Origin: Octopus vulgaris
Taxonomy: Eukaryota
DNA length: 64,000 nt
NCBI GenBank assembly: GCA_951406725.2
Contig: OX597816.1
Span: 143,840,001-143,904,000 of the forward strand
Direction of reading: 5' to 3'
Part shown: one piece after another, positions 41,506-53,891 of the stretch
Position numbering within the stretch: the stretch's first letter is position 1
Layout of the letters: each line of letters opens with the position of its first letter
Program-made: the position numbers and the translations under genes
The notes under the pieces: model-generated
What the model saw: only the letters and a program-made list of their open reading frames with translations
What the model was told of the DNA's origin: nothing
The model's database searches: none

Positions 41506-42550
41506 CATTATTCTACTAAACTAAATCATACCCAGATGCAGTATTTACTTGTTGCTTGGTGGAATGGGCCGCTTGCGAGATGGAGTGTCTTAGTCAAAGA
41601 TACAACATTGTTTTAGTATCGTGTATGGGTCATTGACTTCTTGACTCATAGAATCAACCAGTCACACTCCTTTTTTAGCCACACCTTGTTTGTAACCATA
41701 TACCTTGACTTAAATAAATGTCACAGTGTTAAAGACGATGGCTAGGTGAACTCTGAATGCAGTCGGAGTCAGTGACTGTTTTCCATTCTCTTTCGACGTC
41801 AGTTGTCTTATATCTGTAATATTTGCGAAAAAGACATGAATGTCAATCTGATTTCTTCCTTATTGAAGTTACATTTCTTAACATGATATGTATCAAACAT
41901 GTCAAACTGATGTGAAGGTCTCATCATCGTCGCTTGATTTGCGAGAAATCTCCCTCAGACCACACATTATCATCTTCAAAAAAGAAGGCCATATTGAATA
42001 ATACAGTTAAATTATCGTCACGGTTGAAATACATTTGATAAAAATGCCAGATCAGCTCTGACCTGGTGTTAGAGAACAACCAAAGATATTGATGGCCTGT
42101 GTAATGTTTCCGTCGTCATCGTATGTAATATAACACCAGCAATCAAGACAAGTATGTCACAGTCATGGTTCGCTTACTCGCTCATTCTCTTTTTCTCCCC
42201 ACTTACATTTATTTCATTTGCATGAATTGTTGCTCACTCCGAATTTAGGAGCTGGAATTTATCGCTATATTATAATCCAGTCATCCCTCTACTACCTACA
42301 AGATTAAACAGACCAGTAATAGTAGTTATTTAGCAAAAGGTTAGCTCTGATCGAACAGATGTATCACCAAAGGCGTTCCAACAATAACTACTTTATCGTC
42401 TGGAAAAATCAAGTACAGCTTTGTTTAACGTGTCCTTCGCTTTTTAAGCCCTTCAGGTGTAATTTGAATACCATCAATTTGCCTTTTAATTTTTCAGGTG
42501 AAGTGACTGCGCAGAGGCATCTTATTTGGCTTGAGTAGTAGTAGTAGTAG

Positions 42551-42727
42551 TATTTCAAAGGGCCAGACTTGTCACATTCTGTGTCACGCTGAGTCTCCCC
42601 GAGAACTACGTTAAGAGTACACGTGTTTGTGGGGTGCTCAGCCACTTGCACGTTAATTTCACGAGCAAGCTGTTCCGTTGATCGTATCAGCTGGGACCCT
42701 CGTCGTCGCAACCGACGGAGTGCTCCT
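42551..42727 (+). mobile_element. 3' half of a CORE-type SINE (same family as 63303-63605)
   Basis: TATTTCAAAGGGCCAG...CACGTTAATTTCACGAGCA...GGGACCCTCGT shared with the 63-kb copy; (TAG)n flanks. Confidence 0.8.
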
Positions 42728-43044
42728 CTAGTAGTACTAGTAATAGTAGTTTTTACGATTTAGGATATTTCTTCGCTTTTAATGGTAGGTTTACATGTGC
42801 ATCCTTAATAAGCGCACTTTTTAAACCTTGCTTTGAGATATAGATACTGTAGTTAAATCATGTCATTTTCTTTTCCTCTTCGCCTTCAGAAAAAGGTTAA
42901 CTGTCCTTCTTTCGGCGATTTTACTGCTATTTATAATATACGCCAGCTCGCATGGAAGTGGTTAGGTTTCCTCTAATTTACATAATAGTAGTCAAGATCA
43001 GACAACGTATTTTAATTAACCGAAGCTTAATATTTATGTGATCA

Positions 43045-43230
43045 AGCTGGGCAAAATGCTTAGCGGCATTTCTTCCGACTACATGTTATGAGTTCAAATT
43101 CCACCGAAGTCGAGTTTGCCTTTCATTATTTCGGGGTTGATAAAATAAGTACCAGTTAAACATTGGGTTAGATAATCGACCTACTCCCTCCCTCGAAATT
43201 ACTGACCATGTGCTTGAATTTGCAATCATC
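43045..43230 (+). mobile_element. SINE family B
   Basis: AAAATGCTTAGCGGCATTTC...GAGTTCAAATTCC...GATAAAATAAGTACCAG. Confidence 0.8.
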
Positions 43231-43394
43231 ATTCCTTCTACGGTCAGAATTTAGAACAACAGGTCTCTGACAGAGTTAAAAACGCTGAAACTAATGCGAC
43301 CGACCACCTTTATGTTACCCCAGAGAGAAAATGACTTTTCATTGTGAGGTGAAGTTTCGCCAATTACGGCTTTTTCAAATACTCGAGTTCCTCT

Positions 43395-43441
<47 letters not shown>

Positions 43442-43775
43442 ACATTATTTAAATTCACAAGAAAATAAGACACCTCACGATGTCGAATCATGTATCAATC
43501 GTAAGAAAGATGACCACGTTACTATTTACAAATAAAAAAAAAAGGTGGGGCTCTCGGCAAACAGAATTACCAACTGCAAACAGCATTTATCTCCCGTTAT
43601 ATGCTATGAGGACCATAGAACTCAAAATTGCTCGACCACAAGTACACTGACTGCTTCTTCACTGTCTAAAACAGTACAGTACCATACTGAGAGTCTGTTT
43701 ATGACTGAAACAAACATCAAAATATGAAAATTCTTAACTATGATGTAAACTTTTAAGATTTTTATAATATAAACT

Positions 43776-44459
43776 CAGTGGCGGCTCGTTCATAAAATTA
43801 GTTGAGGTGCTGCTTTAGAAAATGTTTATCCGTTGTTTTAATATTGTGTAAAAGGAAACAAACATAAAAATAAAATTTATACATAAACTTGATCGGTTCG
43901 CGTTTTAGTCACTGCCGGGTCGTGTGTTTAATTTGTTCACTGAACACCGCCGCGAATTCCCCTTGTTTTTAAAAAGGAAACCCCACTAAATGACAAAATA
44001 AGGGGAGAAAGGAGCCCTATTATTCAAATCCTGGCAGCAACACTGAATCTGGAAGCAAGATAATTCTACACTTTATCACATTCAAGAATATAAACACGTT
44101 TTTAAGCACAACACACTCGGAGTCAAAAAGAAACATTACCTTTCACTCGGCACTGTCGTTCACGCTGTGCTCTCTCTCCCTTGTGTGAAGCTTCCTATCT
44201 CGGACATGTGAGCATGCGCACAACAGCCAAACACTGCGTCGCTGGAACTGTGAAGCGCGCAGTTCTATACAAGGATTTTTGTATCTTTTTCGTAAACTAT
44301 GGGATGACTACTGAGACCAAGCTTAATGATTATATAATGTACAAGTATAAAGAAAGAATGAAATGTAAACAGGAGTCATTATATTGAATGTTACTGGTAA
44401 TAATGAGTGGAAATAGTGGGTGCTGCAGTTCCACAGTCCCTATATACGAACTGCCATTT
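43776..44459. mobile_element. Non-autonomous hAT-like DNA transposon
   Basis: TIR CAGTGGCGGCTCGT / ACGAACTGCCATTT (imperfect); 8-bp TSD TATAAACT at 43768-43775 and 44460-44467. Confidence 0.75.
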
Positions 44460-45091
44460 TATAAACTTTTATGTAAGACATTTACAAATTATGACAGTCT
44501 CTCGCTGTCCGAGTAAAACGGTTCTACTATTTCTTGTTGAACGAACTGCACAAATGATTTTTTAAATAATTACCAAAGGTTTGTGCTGCACATTAGCTCA
44601 CTTACTCCATCAAATCAACGTTTCCCGAGTAGGTGCATTGGGTACCACATATGAAGTGTCGAAGTAATGATAGAGCAACGTGAAATGAAGTGTTTTTTTC
44701 TCAAGTATGCAACGCAACACCCGGTTCAGGGACTGAAACCGATACCTCTCCATCGTGAATGCAATATCCTGATCTCTAGGCCATGCGCCCACACACATTT
44801 AGAAAAGTAAGAAAAAATACAATCGCCAATAGGATCCGAACCAGAATTCTGTCGTAGGACGACTATATTACTGATTACAAGGATAAGATTTTGAATGGAT
44901 TAAACTATTTTTCTAAACTTTACTTGATTTATTGTTTATTTTACTTTTTTCCTGTTTTCTTTCAGTTTTTACTTTTCATTTCTTGTTTACATTTCCTCTG
45001 ACTACTAAACAGGAATAACCTACAACACAACTCAGGTTGTCTACTTTTATATTTATAACTTTTCAATTTTATTCTCTGTCATATATATATA

Positions 45092-45307
45092 CAAGGAATT
45101 GCTGAAAAGTTCCTGGCTTTAAGAGTATCCCGAAAGGCTTGGATGGAGGCCCAACTTTCCGAGTTCTTTGACAGGGCTTAAAAAACTGAAGGCCCGCTGC
45201 AATAAGTGTGTGAATACTAGAGGGGAATATGTTAAATAAAATCATAATTAACTGATCCTCCTGTGTTTTCATTTACCCAAAGCCAGGAAGTTTTCAGCAT
45301 CCCCTCA
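45092..45307 (-). mobile_element. Mariner-derived MITE, reverse copy of 36955-37172
   Basis: GCTGAAAAGTTCCTGGCTTT / AAAGCCAGGAAGTTTTCAGCATCCCCTC; internal sequence is the reverse complement of the first copy. Confidence 0.85.
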
Positions 45308-45410
45308 ATGAAGTTAATTCAATGTAATCATTCATTTATATATTTATCAGCTTACATAACAATCGATTAATCTATGTGTCTGTCTGTCTGTCTGTATGTA
45401 TGTATGTATG

Positions 45411-45481
<71 letters not shown>

Positions 45482-45486
45482 GTCTG

Positions 45487-45566
<80 letters not shown>

Positions 45567-46102
45567 CCTGTCTGTCTATGGTTATGTGTATGTAAATACT
45601 TCGACATAATTACTATTTTTAAAATCTTCGTCGTCCTCAATCAGCATGTGACTCACAAAAATAAATAAACAAAGAAAGTTATAAGCAAAAACAATGTGAA
45701 TGGAAAATTTCTCAAAACGATTTGAAGCTATTTTTAGGACATTTAAAAAAATACTATTAGTCTAGAAAAGACTTACGAATACTTGTGATTCACACTGATA
45801 CAGAAAACTCTTCCTTATAACGAACCTTAACTCTGTCACATACGTATGTATGTAGTAAAAACATGCTTTTCTGTTTTGTTTCTTCCTTCTATTCTTCATT
45901 TCATTCCACTTCGACAGTTCTGAATTCTTCATATTCTTCTTCTTGCTATGACTACAGAAATGAGTCATGATTTGTAATGTCTACTATCGTGAAAGTCGCA
46001 ACCACCCGAATAAACGACATCTATCAAGTAACTTCTTAGACGCTTGACATTTCAAAATCTAATTCTTGTATACGCACACAATACAGCAGACACACACACA
46101 CA

Positions 46103-46141
<39 letters not shown>

Positions 46142-47403
46142 CAACAAATAAATACATACAATAATATAACACAAAACAAGCAGCAACAAAAAACAGCCAG
46201 AGCAACAAAAAGTAAAACTTCCTGTTGCAAAATTCTTCCTGTCTGCAAGAGGAACTTGTTCGCTTTACAAATGAATCATTTCCGCCTTTATCTTAATTTT
46301 TTAAAAAATTTTCACTTTCTTAATCAACGGGAGACATATTAAAGTTGAAAGGTCTCGTCGGAAGAAGGAATATAGAAGTAGGGTACAAATTACTCGTATT
46401 TCGATTGGTAAAGTTAAAAGTGGACGTGTTGATTGAATGTCCGACTGCTGGGAGAGAAGAGTTGATGGTTCATATCCAGCCACCGATGCTGCACTGTCCA
46501 CTACTAACACGACATTGAAACCTCTCGCTGTTTCAACTGGCTTATTTGAGAATAATTGGGTACTATGAAGTCGCTATTGCTCATTGCCTTAAATAATGAA
46601 CGTGTCTTCTTTTATTTCAGCTCTAATGGAACGTGTTCAACTCTTTCCTTCCTGAGCCCAGGGAAAGCGACATAGAGCTGCTTCTGTTATTCGGCCACAA
46701 ATTAGAATTTTCAATTATCCGGGTGCCTTTTGCCATTAATTTCGAGACGGACTTTTGGCTACGGTCTTTCGTATGATGGTTGATGTCTAACCGTCTACCC
46801 AACATTAAACTCATCGTGTTCAAGTATCCAGCACCTGCTGGGTATTTTACTAGCCTTCTACCGATACATCACAATAATTCCAAAGTATATACATATTTAT
46901 ACCATAGTACTCTACTCTCTATATAGCATGGAATAATGTTACTACAGCAATTTTTACTACAAGATATTAACATTTTAGTTGTCGCTTAAACATAAGCCAA
47001 CTTTGATCAAACAAATGTTTGATTAAGGGTATCTTAGCTGTGACCATCCGGTCTTTTTAGAAGTACATTATCCACTGTTTCCTGTTCTTTTTAAGATGGT
47101 GGGCGGAATTTGAGAGAAATTTGGCTGCTAATTCAAGTAGTTTAAGGACCGCGAGGAAATTTTCTCATTGGATCGATCAGTTGCTGGTAGAAGAGTGATT
47201 GAGTGGCAGAATTAGTAAAATACCGGACAAAATATTTTACAAGTAGCCTACTTTTGTTCATATGCCACTGAGGTCGATTCTGCCTTTCTTCCATTCCTCC
47301 TTTCATCCCTCTTCCGTTATCTGTAGGCGTGTGTCAATGCTAGAAATGAATTATTTACATTATTTACATTTGACGGATATTTGTCCTCATCTTGTTTGTT
47401 GTT

Positions 47404-47449
47404 AACACAACGTTTCGGCTGATATACCCTCAAGCCTTCATTAGGTGTC
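47404..47449 (-). ncRNA. Minimal type I hammerhead ribozyme motif, inverted copy (core mutated)
   Basis: Minus strand GACAC-CTAATGA-AGGCTT-loop-CAGCC-GAAA-CG-TT-GTGTT. Confidence 0.55.
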
Positions 47450-47539
47450 TTGGGGAAATTTCGAACCTGGGTTCTCATTCCTTTGGTAAACACCGAAAAA
47501 TACCTTAGGAATGAGAACCGAGGTTCGAAATTTCCCCAA

Positions 47540-47585
47540 GACACCTGCTGAAAGCTGGAGGGTATATCAGCCGAAACGTTGTGTT
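47540..47585 (+). ncRNA. Minimal type I hammerhead ribozyme motif (core mutated in this copy)
   Basis: GACAC-CTGCTGA-AAGCTG-loop-CAGCC-GAAA-CG-TT-GTGTT. Confidence 0.6.
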
Positions 47586-47937
47586 AACAACAAACATGAT
47601 AAGGACAAATATCCGTCAAATGTAAATAATGTACATAATTCCTCATCTCTTAAATATTGAACTGTCTAGAAATGAACATTTTAATTTTTGCTGTAAAGCG
47701 CTGGCGAGTTCAAACCGAGCTGATCTATATATAGTACGAAGGTGATTGGTCGAACATTAACAAGTAAGTCTACAACTCCTACCATATAACATGCACTGAA
47801 ATAATTTTTGCTAATCAACTCCAAATCTTCCTGTATTCGCTGTTAATCTTCAAATATAATGGTCGAGTCGAAGTCTGTGTGTGTGTGCGCGCGCGCGCGC
47901 GTGTGTATGTATGTATATATGTATGTATGTATATATA

Positions 47938-48180
47938 TTCTTTTATTCTTTTACGTGTTTCAATCATTTGACTGTGGCCATGCTGGAACACAGCCTTAAA
48001 GTGTTTTTCAATCAAAGAAATCGCCCGCAGGACTTATTCTATCGTTCTCTTTTGTCGAACCGCTAGCAAACAGGGACATAAACACACCATCATCGGTTGT
48101 CAAGCGATGGTAAGGGCGACAAAAACAGACACAAAGACACACACACACACACACATACACACACACATACACACACACAC
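47938..48180 (-). mobile_element. SINE family A, 3' half
   Basis: Tail CATTTGACTGTGGCCATGCTGG and body GGACTTATTCTATCG...CATCGGTTGTCAAGCGATG. Confidence 0.8.
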
Positions 48181-48231
48181 ACATATATATATGTATATAC
48201 ATATGTCCTTATATATGTATATACACATATA

Positions 48232-49212
48232 CACACCAGATTGAATCAAAAGCTTTTTCGAATTTTCACTAATGATTTTTGGCAACTTGCTGAATTGTTT
48301 ATTCTTTATTGTTATACATAAGATGAACATTAATTGTTCTTTATTTTGCAGCTTTGATAATGAGTGATGGAAAAATTGCAATTCGAGACATTTTAAGATA
48401 ATTGTGGAAAAAAAGACTGAGTACCGGGGAAACAGCAAAAATAAATAAATAAATAAATAAATAAAATAATGATGTGGAAGTCCTAGAAACTGTCAACGAT
48501 CGTATGGTACAAAACTGGTTTAGACCCTTCAAGGAAGGTGACACCAACCTCGAAGACAAACCAAGGTCAGGGAGACATATTGTGGAAGAGAAGGGACCTA
48601 TATTCGTAATCCTAACAAGAAAAATCAGTGGTTTCATTCCGGCAAGGCTTCAGAACCTGTTATCAAACAAGTGCGGTTTGAACAGAAGGTCACGGTGTGT
48701 GTTTGGTGGAATCTTGAGGTGTTTCACTTTGAACCTGTCCCAGAAAGTCATGCTATGAACGTTAACTTTTATGCTCAACAACCGCAACAAGTATATCTTG
48801 CTTTGAAAGCTCGTTACACAGCTGTAGTCAATCGAATACTTTCACTCCTACAGCATGACAACGCCTCAGTACACACTGCCAATGTGGCCGAGCGCCAACC
48901 TGAGAAAACTCAGGGGCTGGAAGTGTAGACATTGCACCATCAGATTAGCATCTTTTCCAAGCAATGGTTCATTTCCTGCACGGACGGAAGCTCAACAATG
49001 TTGACGGGGTTGAAAACGAGTGCAGCGAGTTTTTTGCCTCTCAACCGGCCAAATGATTTAAACATGGAATCGAGCTTCTTGGACAACGATGGCAACAGAC
49101 AATAGAATATGATGGGATATATTTTAATGAATAAACGCTTTTCGCGTGCAATCTGTCTGAACAAATATCTAAAAGTTGAAATACGAAAAAAGATTTTTAA
49201 TCAATCTCGTTG
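48232..49212 (+). mobile_element. Internally deleted, decayed mariner transposon
   Basis: VQNWFRPFKEGDTNLEDKPRSGR, KVTVCVWWN, LLQHDNASVHTA; imperfect TIRs CCAGATTGAATCAAAAGCTTTTTCG / CGAAAAAAGATTTTTAATCAATCTCG. Confidence 0.85.
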
Positions 49213-49247
49213 ATAGATAGAGCGATCGATAGCTAGCTAACCAGCTA

Positions 49248-49248
49248 A

Positions 49249-49334
<86 letters not shown>

Positions 49335-49357
49335 GATTGATAGATAGATACATAGAT

Positions 49358-49423
<66 letters not shown>

Positions 49424-49534
49424 CACAGACACACACAAGCACACACGGGGCGTGAGAGGGAGAGAGAAACAGAAATAGATAGATAAATAGACAGACAGAC
49501 AGACAGATAGATAGATAGATTGATAGATAGATAA

Positions 49535-49612
<78 letters not shown>
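49248..49612. repeat. (GATA)n microsatellite complex
   Basis: Direct inspection. Confidence 0.95.
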
Positions 49613-50134
49613 GTAAAACACATGCATACATACACACATGCCTCACAGTAAGGAATGCAAATACAATATATCTGTGAGGAATGAACATAAGTTCCCCTTT
49701 GTAATAAATACAATGCCTTTCTGTGACCGTGACAAATATATGAATTAAGTAAACATAAACAATAGATAAAAGAAAGAAATCTTAATGGTTAAAAGGTTGA
49801 AGTTCATAACAATACTTGTACAATATACTGTTGTTCAGTCATTCATTTATTTATTGTTTCATTCATTCATTCACTTAGTCATTCATATTTCGATGTGACC
49901 TGTGTCAGACAGTCAAGTCATTGCGTGTACATGCTTGTCGCCTGTCTTTGATAAAGACACTTAATTCCATATGACCAGTTACACACATCTACAAATAGAT
50001 TTCTTGTAATGGTACAGTTCACTATTTTATAATTTTCAGATGTCATATATTATGTATTACGAAATGCTTTTTTTACCTTGCAGAATTGAACTCATGTTCT
50101 TAAGATGGATAATAGGAAGCTATTCCAGAGACCC

Positions 50135-50362
50135 ACTGTGTGATTATGAAGCTTCCTTGGCAACAAAATGGCGGTGGATTCAATCCCATTGCACAGCCTC
50201 TTGGGAATGTGTTTTCTTTCATAGCCTCGGGCCGACCAAGGCCTTGTGCGTGGATTTGGTAGACGGAACTGAAAAGAGTCCGTCGTATATATGTATGACG
50301 TGATATATATATATATATATATGATGACGTGATATATATATATATATATATGTGTGTGTGTT

Positions 50363-50408
<46 letters not shown>

Positions 50409-50637
50409 TATATGTTTGTGTGTCAGTGTTTGTCCCCGTCCCCCACAACATCGCTTGACAACCGATGCTGGTGAATTTACGTCCCCGTAACTTAGCGGTT
50501 GGGTAAAAGAGACCGATAGAATAAGTACTAGGCTTACAAAGAATAAGTCCTGGGGTCGATTTGCTCGACTAAAGGCGGTGCTCCAGCAAGGCCACAGTCA
50601 AAGGACTGAAACAAGTAAAAGAGTAAAGTGTAAGAGT
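50135..50637 (+). mobile_element. SINE family A
   Basis: Degenerate head, body, internal microsatellite and tail AAGGCGGTGCTCCAGCAAGGCCACAGTCAAAGGACTGAAACAAGTAAAAGAGT. Confidence 0.85.
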
Positions 50638-50693
50638 ATATATACATACGAGGGAGTGCTGAAAAGTTCCTGTCAAATGAAACAAGTAAAGGA

Positions 50694-50759
<66 letters not shown>

Positions 50760-50804
50760 TATTGATTAATTTTATATATACATATATATATATAAAAGGA
50801 CATA

Positions 50805-51470
50805 CTAAGTATATCTACACTTAACCATTCTGTGGTCAATGTAGGACAGCTGGACAAGCTGTGGATAACTAAAACTAGACTTATCTCTAGTTCTTATCAC
50901 TATCCTATCTAAGTAAGACTTGAAACTTTCGTCGCCACTCATCCAGGTCCACTCTGGGACGTTCGGATGGTCAAGTCTGTAACGATCTGCCAGTTGAAAA
51001 CGTTTAAGCAGATCCACGAGACGTGCGTCAACGATAGCGTTAAAGTCCCATAATACCACTAATGTCTTCGATGTCACGAGAAAGCCCTCTAGGCGCCGCT
51101 AAAAATCAGTTTGGAAACCTCTAGCACAAGGTGCATAGAGTCTGATCAACCTGAAAGCCTTACTGCAGTATGTCACATCAAGGACAATCAGCCCACGTTC
51201 AGGGTCCTCATAGACTGTACTTGTCTGCAGAGCCAAGCCTTTACGGATCAGTACCACTACACCCCCTTGCCCTCCGGTCTGGCCAGGAGATATGATTTTC
51301 TCGTAGCCATTAGGAGAGGCGAGAAGGTTTGCAGACTGTCCAGCTTGGTCTCTGTAGCAACCATCACATGTATATCGTGTGATCTGAGATCGTCGAGGAA
51401 ACACGCCTGCTTCCACTTCGAACTCAAACCACGCACATTTAAACAACCAAAGTTAAGTGAGTCCGTCACA
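50805..51470 (-). pseudogene. LINE ORF2 apurinic/apyrimidinic-like endonuclease domain, frameshifted
   Basis: LNFGCLNVRGL, VATETKL, GGVVVLIRK, RLYAP, LWDFNAIVD, WTW...SYLDRIVI, YIDHRMV. Confidence 0.9.
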
Positions 51471-51549
51471 AAAAGTAAAAAGTTATACTTTTTCCTTGGA
51501 GAAGTTGGGGCCGACTTTACCATACGTGAATCAGCCCCTTCCTTCGCAT

Positions 51550-52913
51550 AATTTGGTAACTCAGAGATTTTCCAAATAGCATTCGGGTACCTTTCCTTTA
51601 AGTTGCGGTATAGGGTTTCCCCTATTGCCGCACATCTGTTCTTTAAGTCTTTATGTTGAATAAAGTTTTGTCGTATGATGTTTCACAATGGCTTCGTTTG
51701 TGTATTTTTCCATAGTGTCGTATTCGACAAGCATACGGTTCTCCTCTTTTTTTCCGGGGTAGTTGGGCGGGATTTCTTTTTTATTGTCTGTTGTGTGTTG
51801 TTTTGGTTTTTGTAGGGGATGTGGATGGGGAAGGCTTTCGAGGTCGTTTTTGAGGTGTTATAAATTCACCCTCTGATACCTCCATGGCATCGTCTGAGGG
51901 GGTCAACGTATGTGGGGGGAATACTTTTTGGAGCAGTCGGTGCCACAGCTTTCAATGGGATGGGTGGTTTTATATTTGTAGGGGCTTGTGTGTGCAGGGG
52001 CTGGTTCTTTTCTGTCGTTTGTTTCGGGGCTGGCACCACACCAGGGGGAGTGGGAATTTTTTTGCTTGTGGGGGTTGGTGTGTTTGCGAGGGTGGGAGTT
52101 TTTTCGTCATTTGAGGGGCTTGGTATATGCGACTACAACTTTTTTCGTTATTTTCACAGTCCACTCGAATGTGGCCCTTTTTCCGTATTGGTAACAGGTG
52201 GGCTTGCAGCCTTCCACTTGTACCCTAAGGGCCACTTTCTCCCCAACGAGCACTCTCTCTGGTAGGACCTGAAGGTCCCCCTGTGTCCCATGAATCAGGA
52301 CCGTAATGCTTCGCTCGAACCAATTCTGGGGGGCAGAGCATGTTATTTGTAAAATTTTTATTTTGTTCGCCATGTCAAACAACAGGGCGGCCACTAGTTC
52401 TCTTGGGTCTACTTCAGGTGGTACTTCATTTATTCTTACTCTGGATGTTCTTTTCCCCATATACATGGGTAGAAGTACCACATCATTTGACTTCAGGGGA
52501 CATACGGAGTGACCGCGGGCCACCTCTTCGTCTGAGAAGCGAACCACGACTGAGCCATATGCCAGTCCCCTTGCAATGTACGTTATGTCCTTCCCTATCG
52601 GGGACAGGCATTTCTCTATTTTCTCTTCTTCGAAGTGTTTAAACCTTCTGTCTTTTGGACAGAAGGTTTTGAACACTACGGTCCGCCTCTCAGTTTCCAC
52701 CACAGTTGAAGAAGGTGATATTATCACATCACCTTCTTTCTTCATCCGTTTAAAATATTCCTGTAGCACACCTACAGGAATATCAATGTTTTCGGTTGCC
52801 ACCTCCGAAAACTTTTTCCCATTGTTGGCATGACTGCCAACATCATCATTGCTCTTTATAAGAGCACACTTTTCGTGTATAATTTCAACCGACATGGTTG
52901 AAATTAATAACAC
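51550..52913 (-). pseudogene. LINE ORF1 (gag-like, RRM-like region plus degenerate CCHC knuckle), frameshifted
   Basis: 268-aa open stretch 52107-52913 ending PTCYQYGK, then frameshift to GHIRVDC (CxxCxxxGHxxxxC remnant); Pro/Lys-rich linker follows. Confidence 0.75.
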
Positions 52914-53299
52914 AAATAATTAAATTAATTAAATTGGTTTCCCACAAAACTGGGAAACCTATAAAACGTTTTTTCCTCTCAAAGAGGATAGTAACTTTAA
53001 AAATTATGTAATAAAGTTCAAATCCCACCCACGTTAGGGGGAGGAGCACAAAAATAGTCTAAAAAGACTATTACAATTCAAAAAAGTTATTCACACACAA
53101 AGAAAAAAACAACAATATTTTTACGAGTGTATTAAATTTTCCCCGGTAAGACCGAGGAATAAAACAGTTCAGCAACGTTCAAAGGTAACTCCTTGTATCA
53201 ACGGTAACAGATCCCCCCCAAAAAAATAACAACAAAACAGCAACAATGAAGCAATAACAACAGCAAAAACTCTTAACACGAGGAAAGACACGTCTAACC

Positions 53300-53533
53300 T
53301 ATTTCTTTACTACCCGCAAGGGGTTAAACACAGAGAGGACAAACAAGGACAGACAAACGGATTAAGTCGATTATATTGACCCCAGTGCGTAACTGGTACT
53401 TATTTAATCGACCCCGAAAGGATGAAAGGCAAACTGGACCTCGGCGGAATTTGAACTCAGAACGTAACGGCAGACGAAATACGGATACGCATTTCGCTCG
53501 GCGTGCTAACGTTTCTGCCAGCTGGCTACCTTA
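53300..53533 (-). mobile_element. Young full-length SINE family B inserted in the LINE 5' region
   Basis: Perfect 16-bp TSD AAAGACACGTCTAACC at 53284-53299 and 53534-53549. Confidence 0.92.
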
Positions 53534-53709
53534 AAAGACACGTCTAACCAGCAGTGAAGTAAGCGAGCTACTTACCACACAGCCACTCCTACATTTTTGA
53601 TATTCTTTTTACTTGTTACAGACTGCGACCATGCTGGGGTACCACCTTGAGGAATTTTTAGTTGATTATATCGACCCCAGAAATTATTAAATGATTTTCA
53701 ACCAGTGCA

Positions 53710-53776
<67 letters not shown>

Positions 53777-53891
53777 TATTCGGTAGGAAAAAGAAATAGC
53801 GGTCTTTTGGGTGCTATTTCTAAATTTTCGGTTTGTGGTGAAGCATCTTGTTGCTAAACCCTTGATTATTGTTATATATATATATATATAT

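Larger units (their letters stand above)
47351..47665. mobile_element. Penelope-like pLTR inverted repeat (~130-bp arms) with 11-bp TSD
   Basis: Arms 47351-47482 and 47507-47638 are near-perfect reverse complements; TSD CTAGAAATGAA at 47340-47350 and 47666-47676. Confidence 0.8.
50805..53560 (-). mobile_element. Tx1/L1-clade LINE 5' half (5' UTR, ORF1, ORF2 endonuclease); RT part missing
   Basis: ORF1 followed by APE motifs in the correct order; sequence ends at an (AT)n tract. Confidence 0.85.

Noticed and set aside
46320-46435. INGRHIKVERSRRK resembling the end of an RRM
   Set aside because: No RNP1/RNP2 motifs or acceptor upstream and the frame closes soon after
1409-49713. Many ORFs such as [34 protein letters not shown] and poly-I/poly-L
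   Set aside because: Translations of di-, tri- and tetranucleotide microsatellites; no coding evidence
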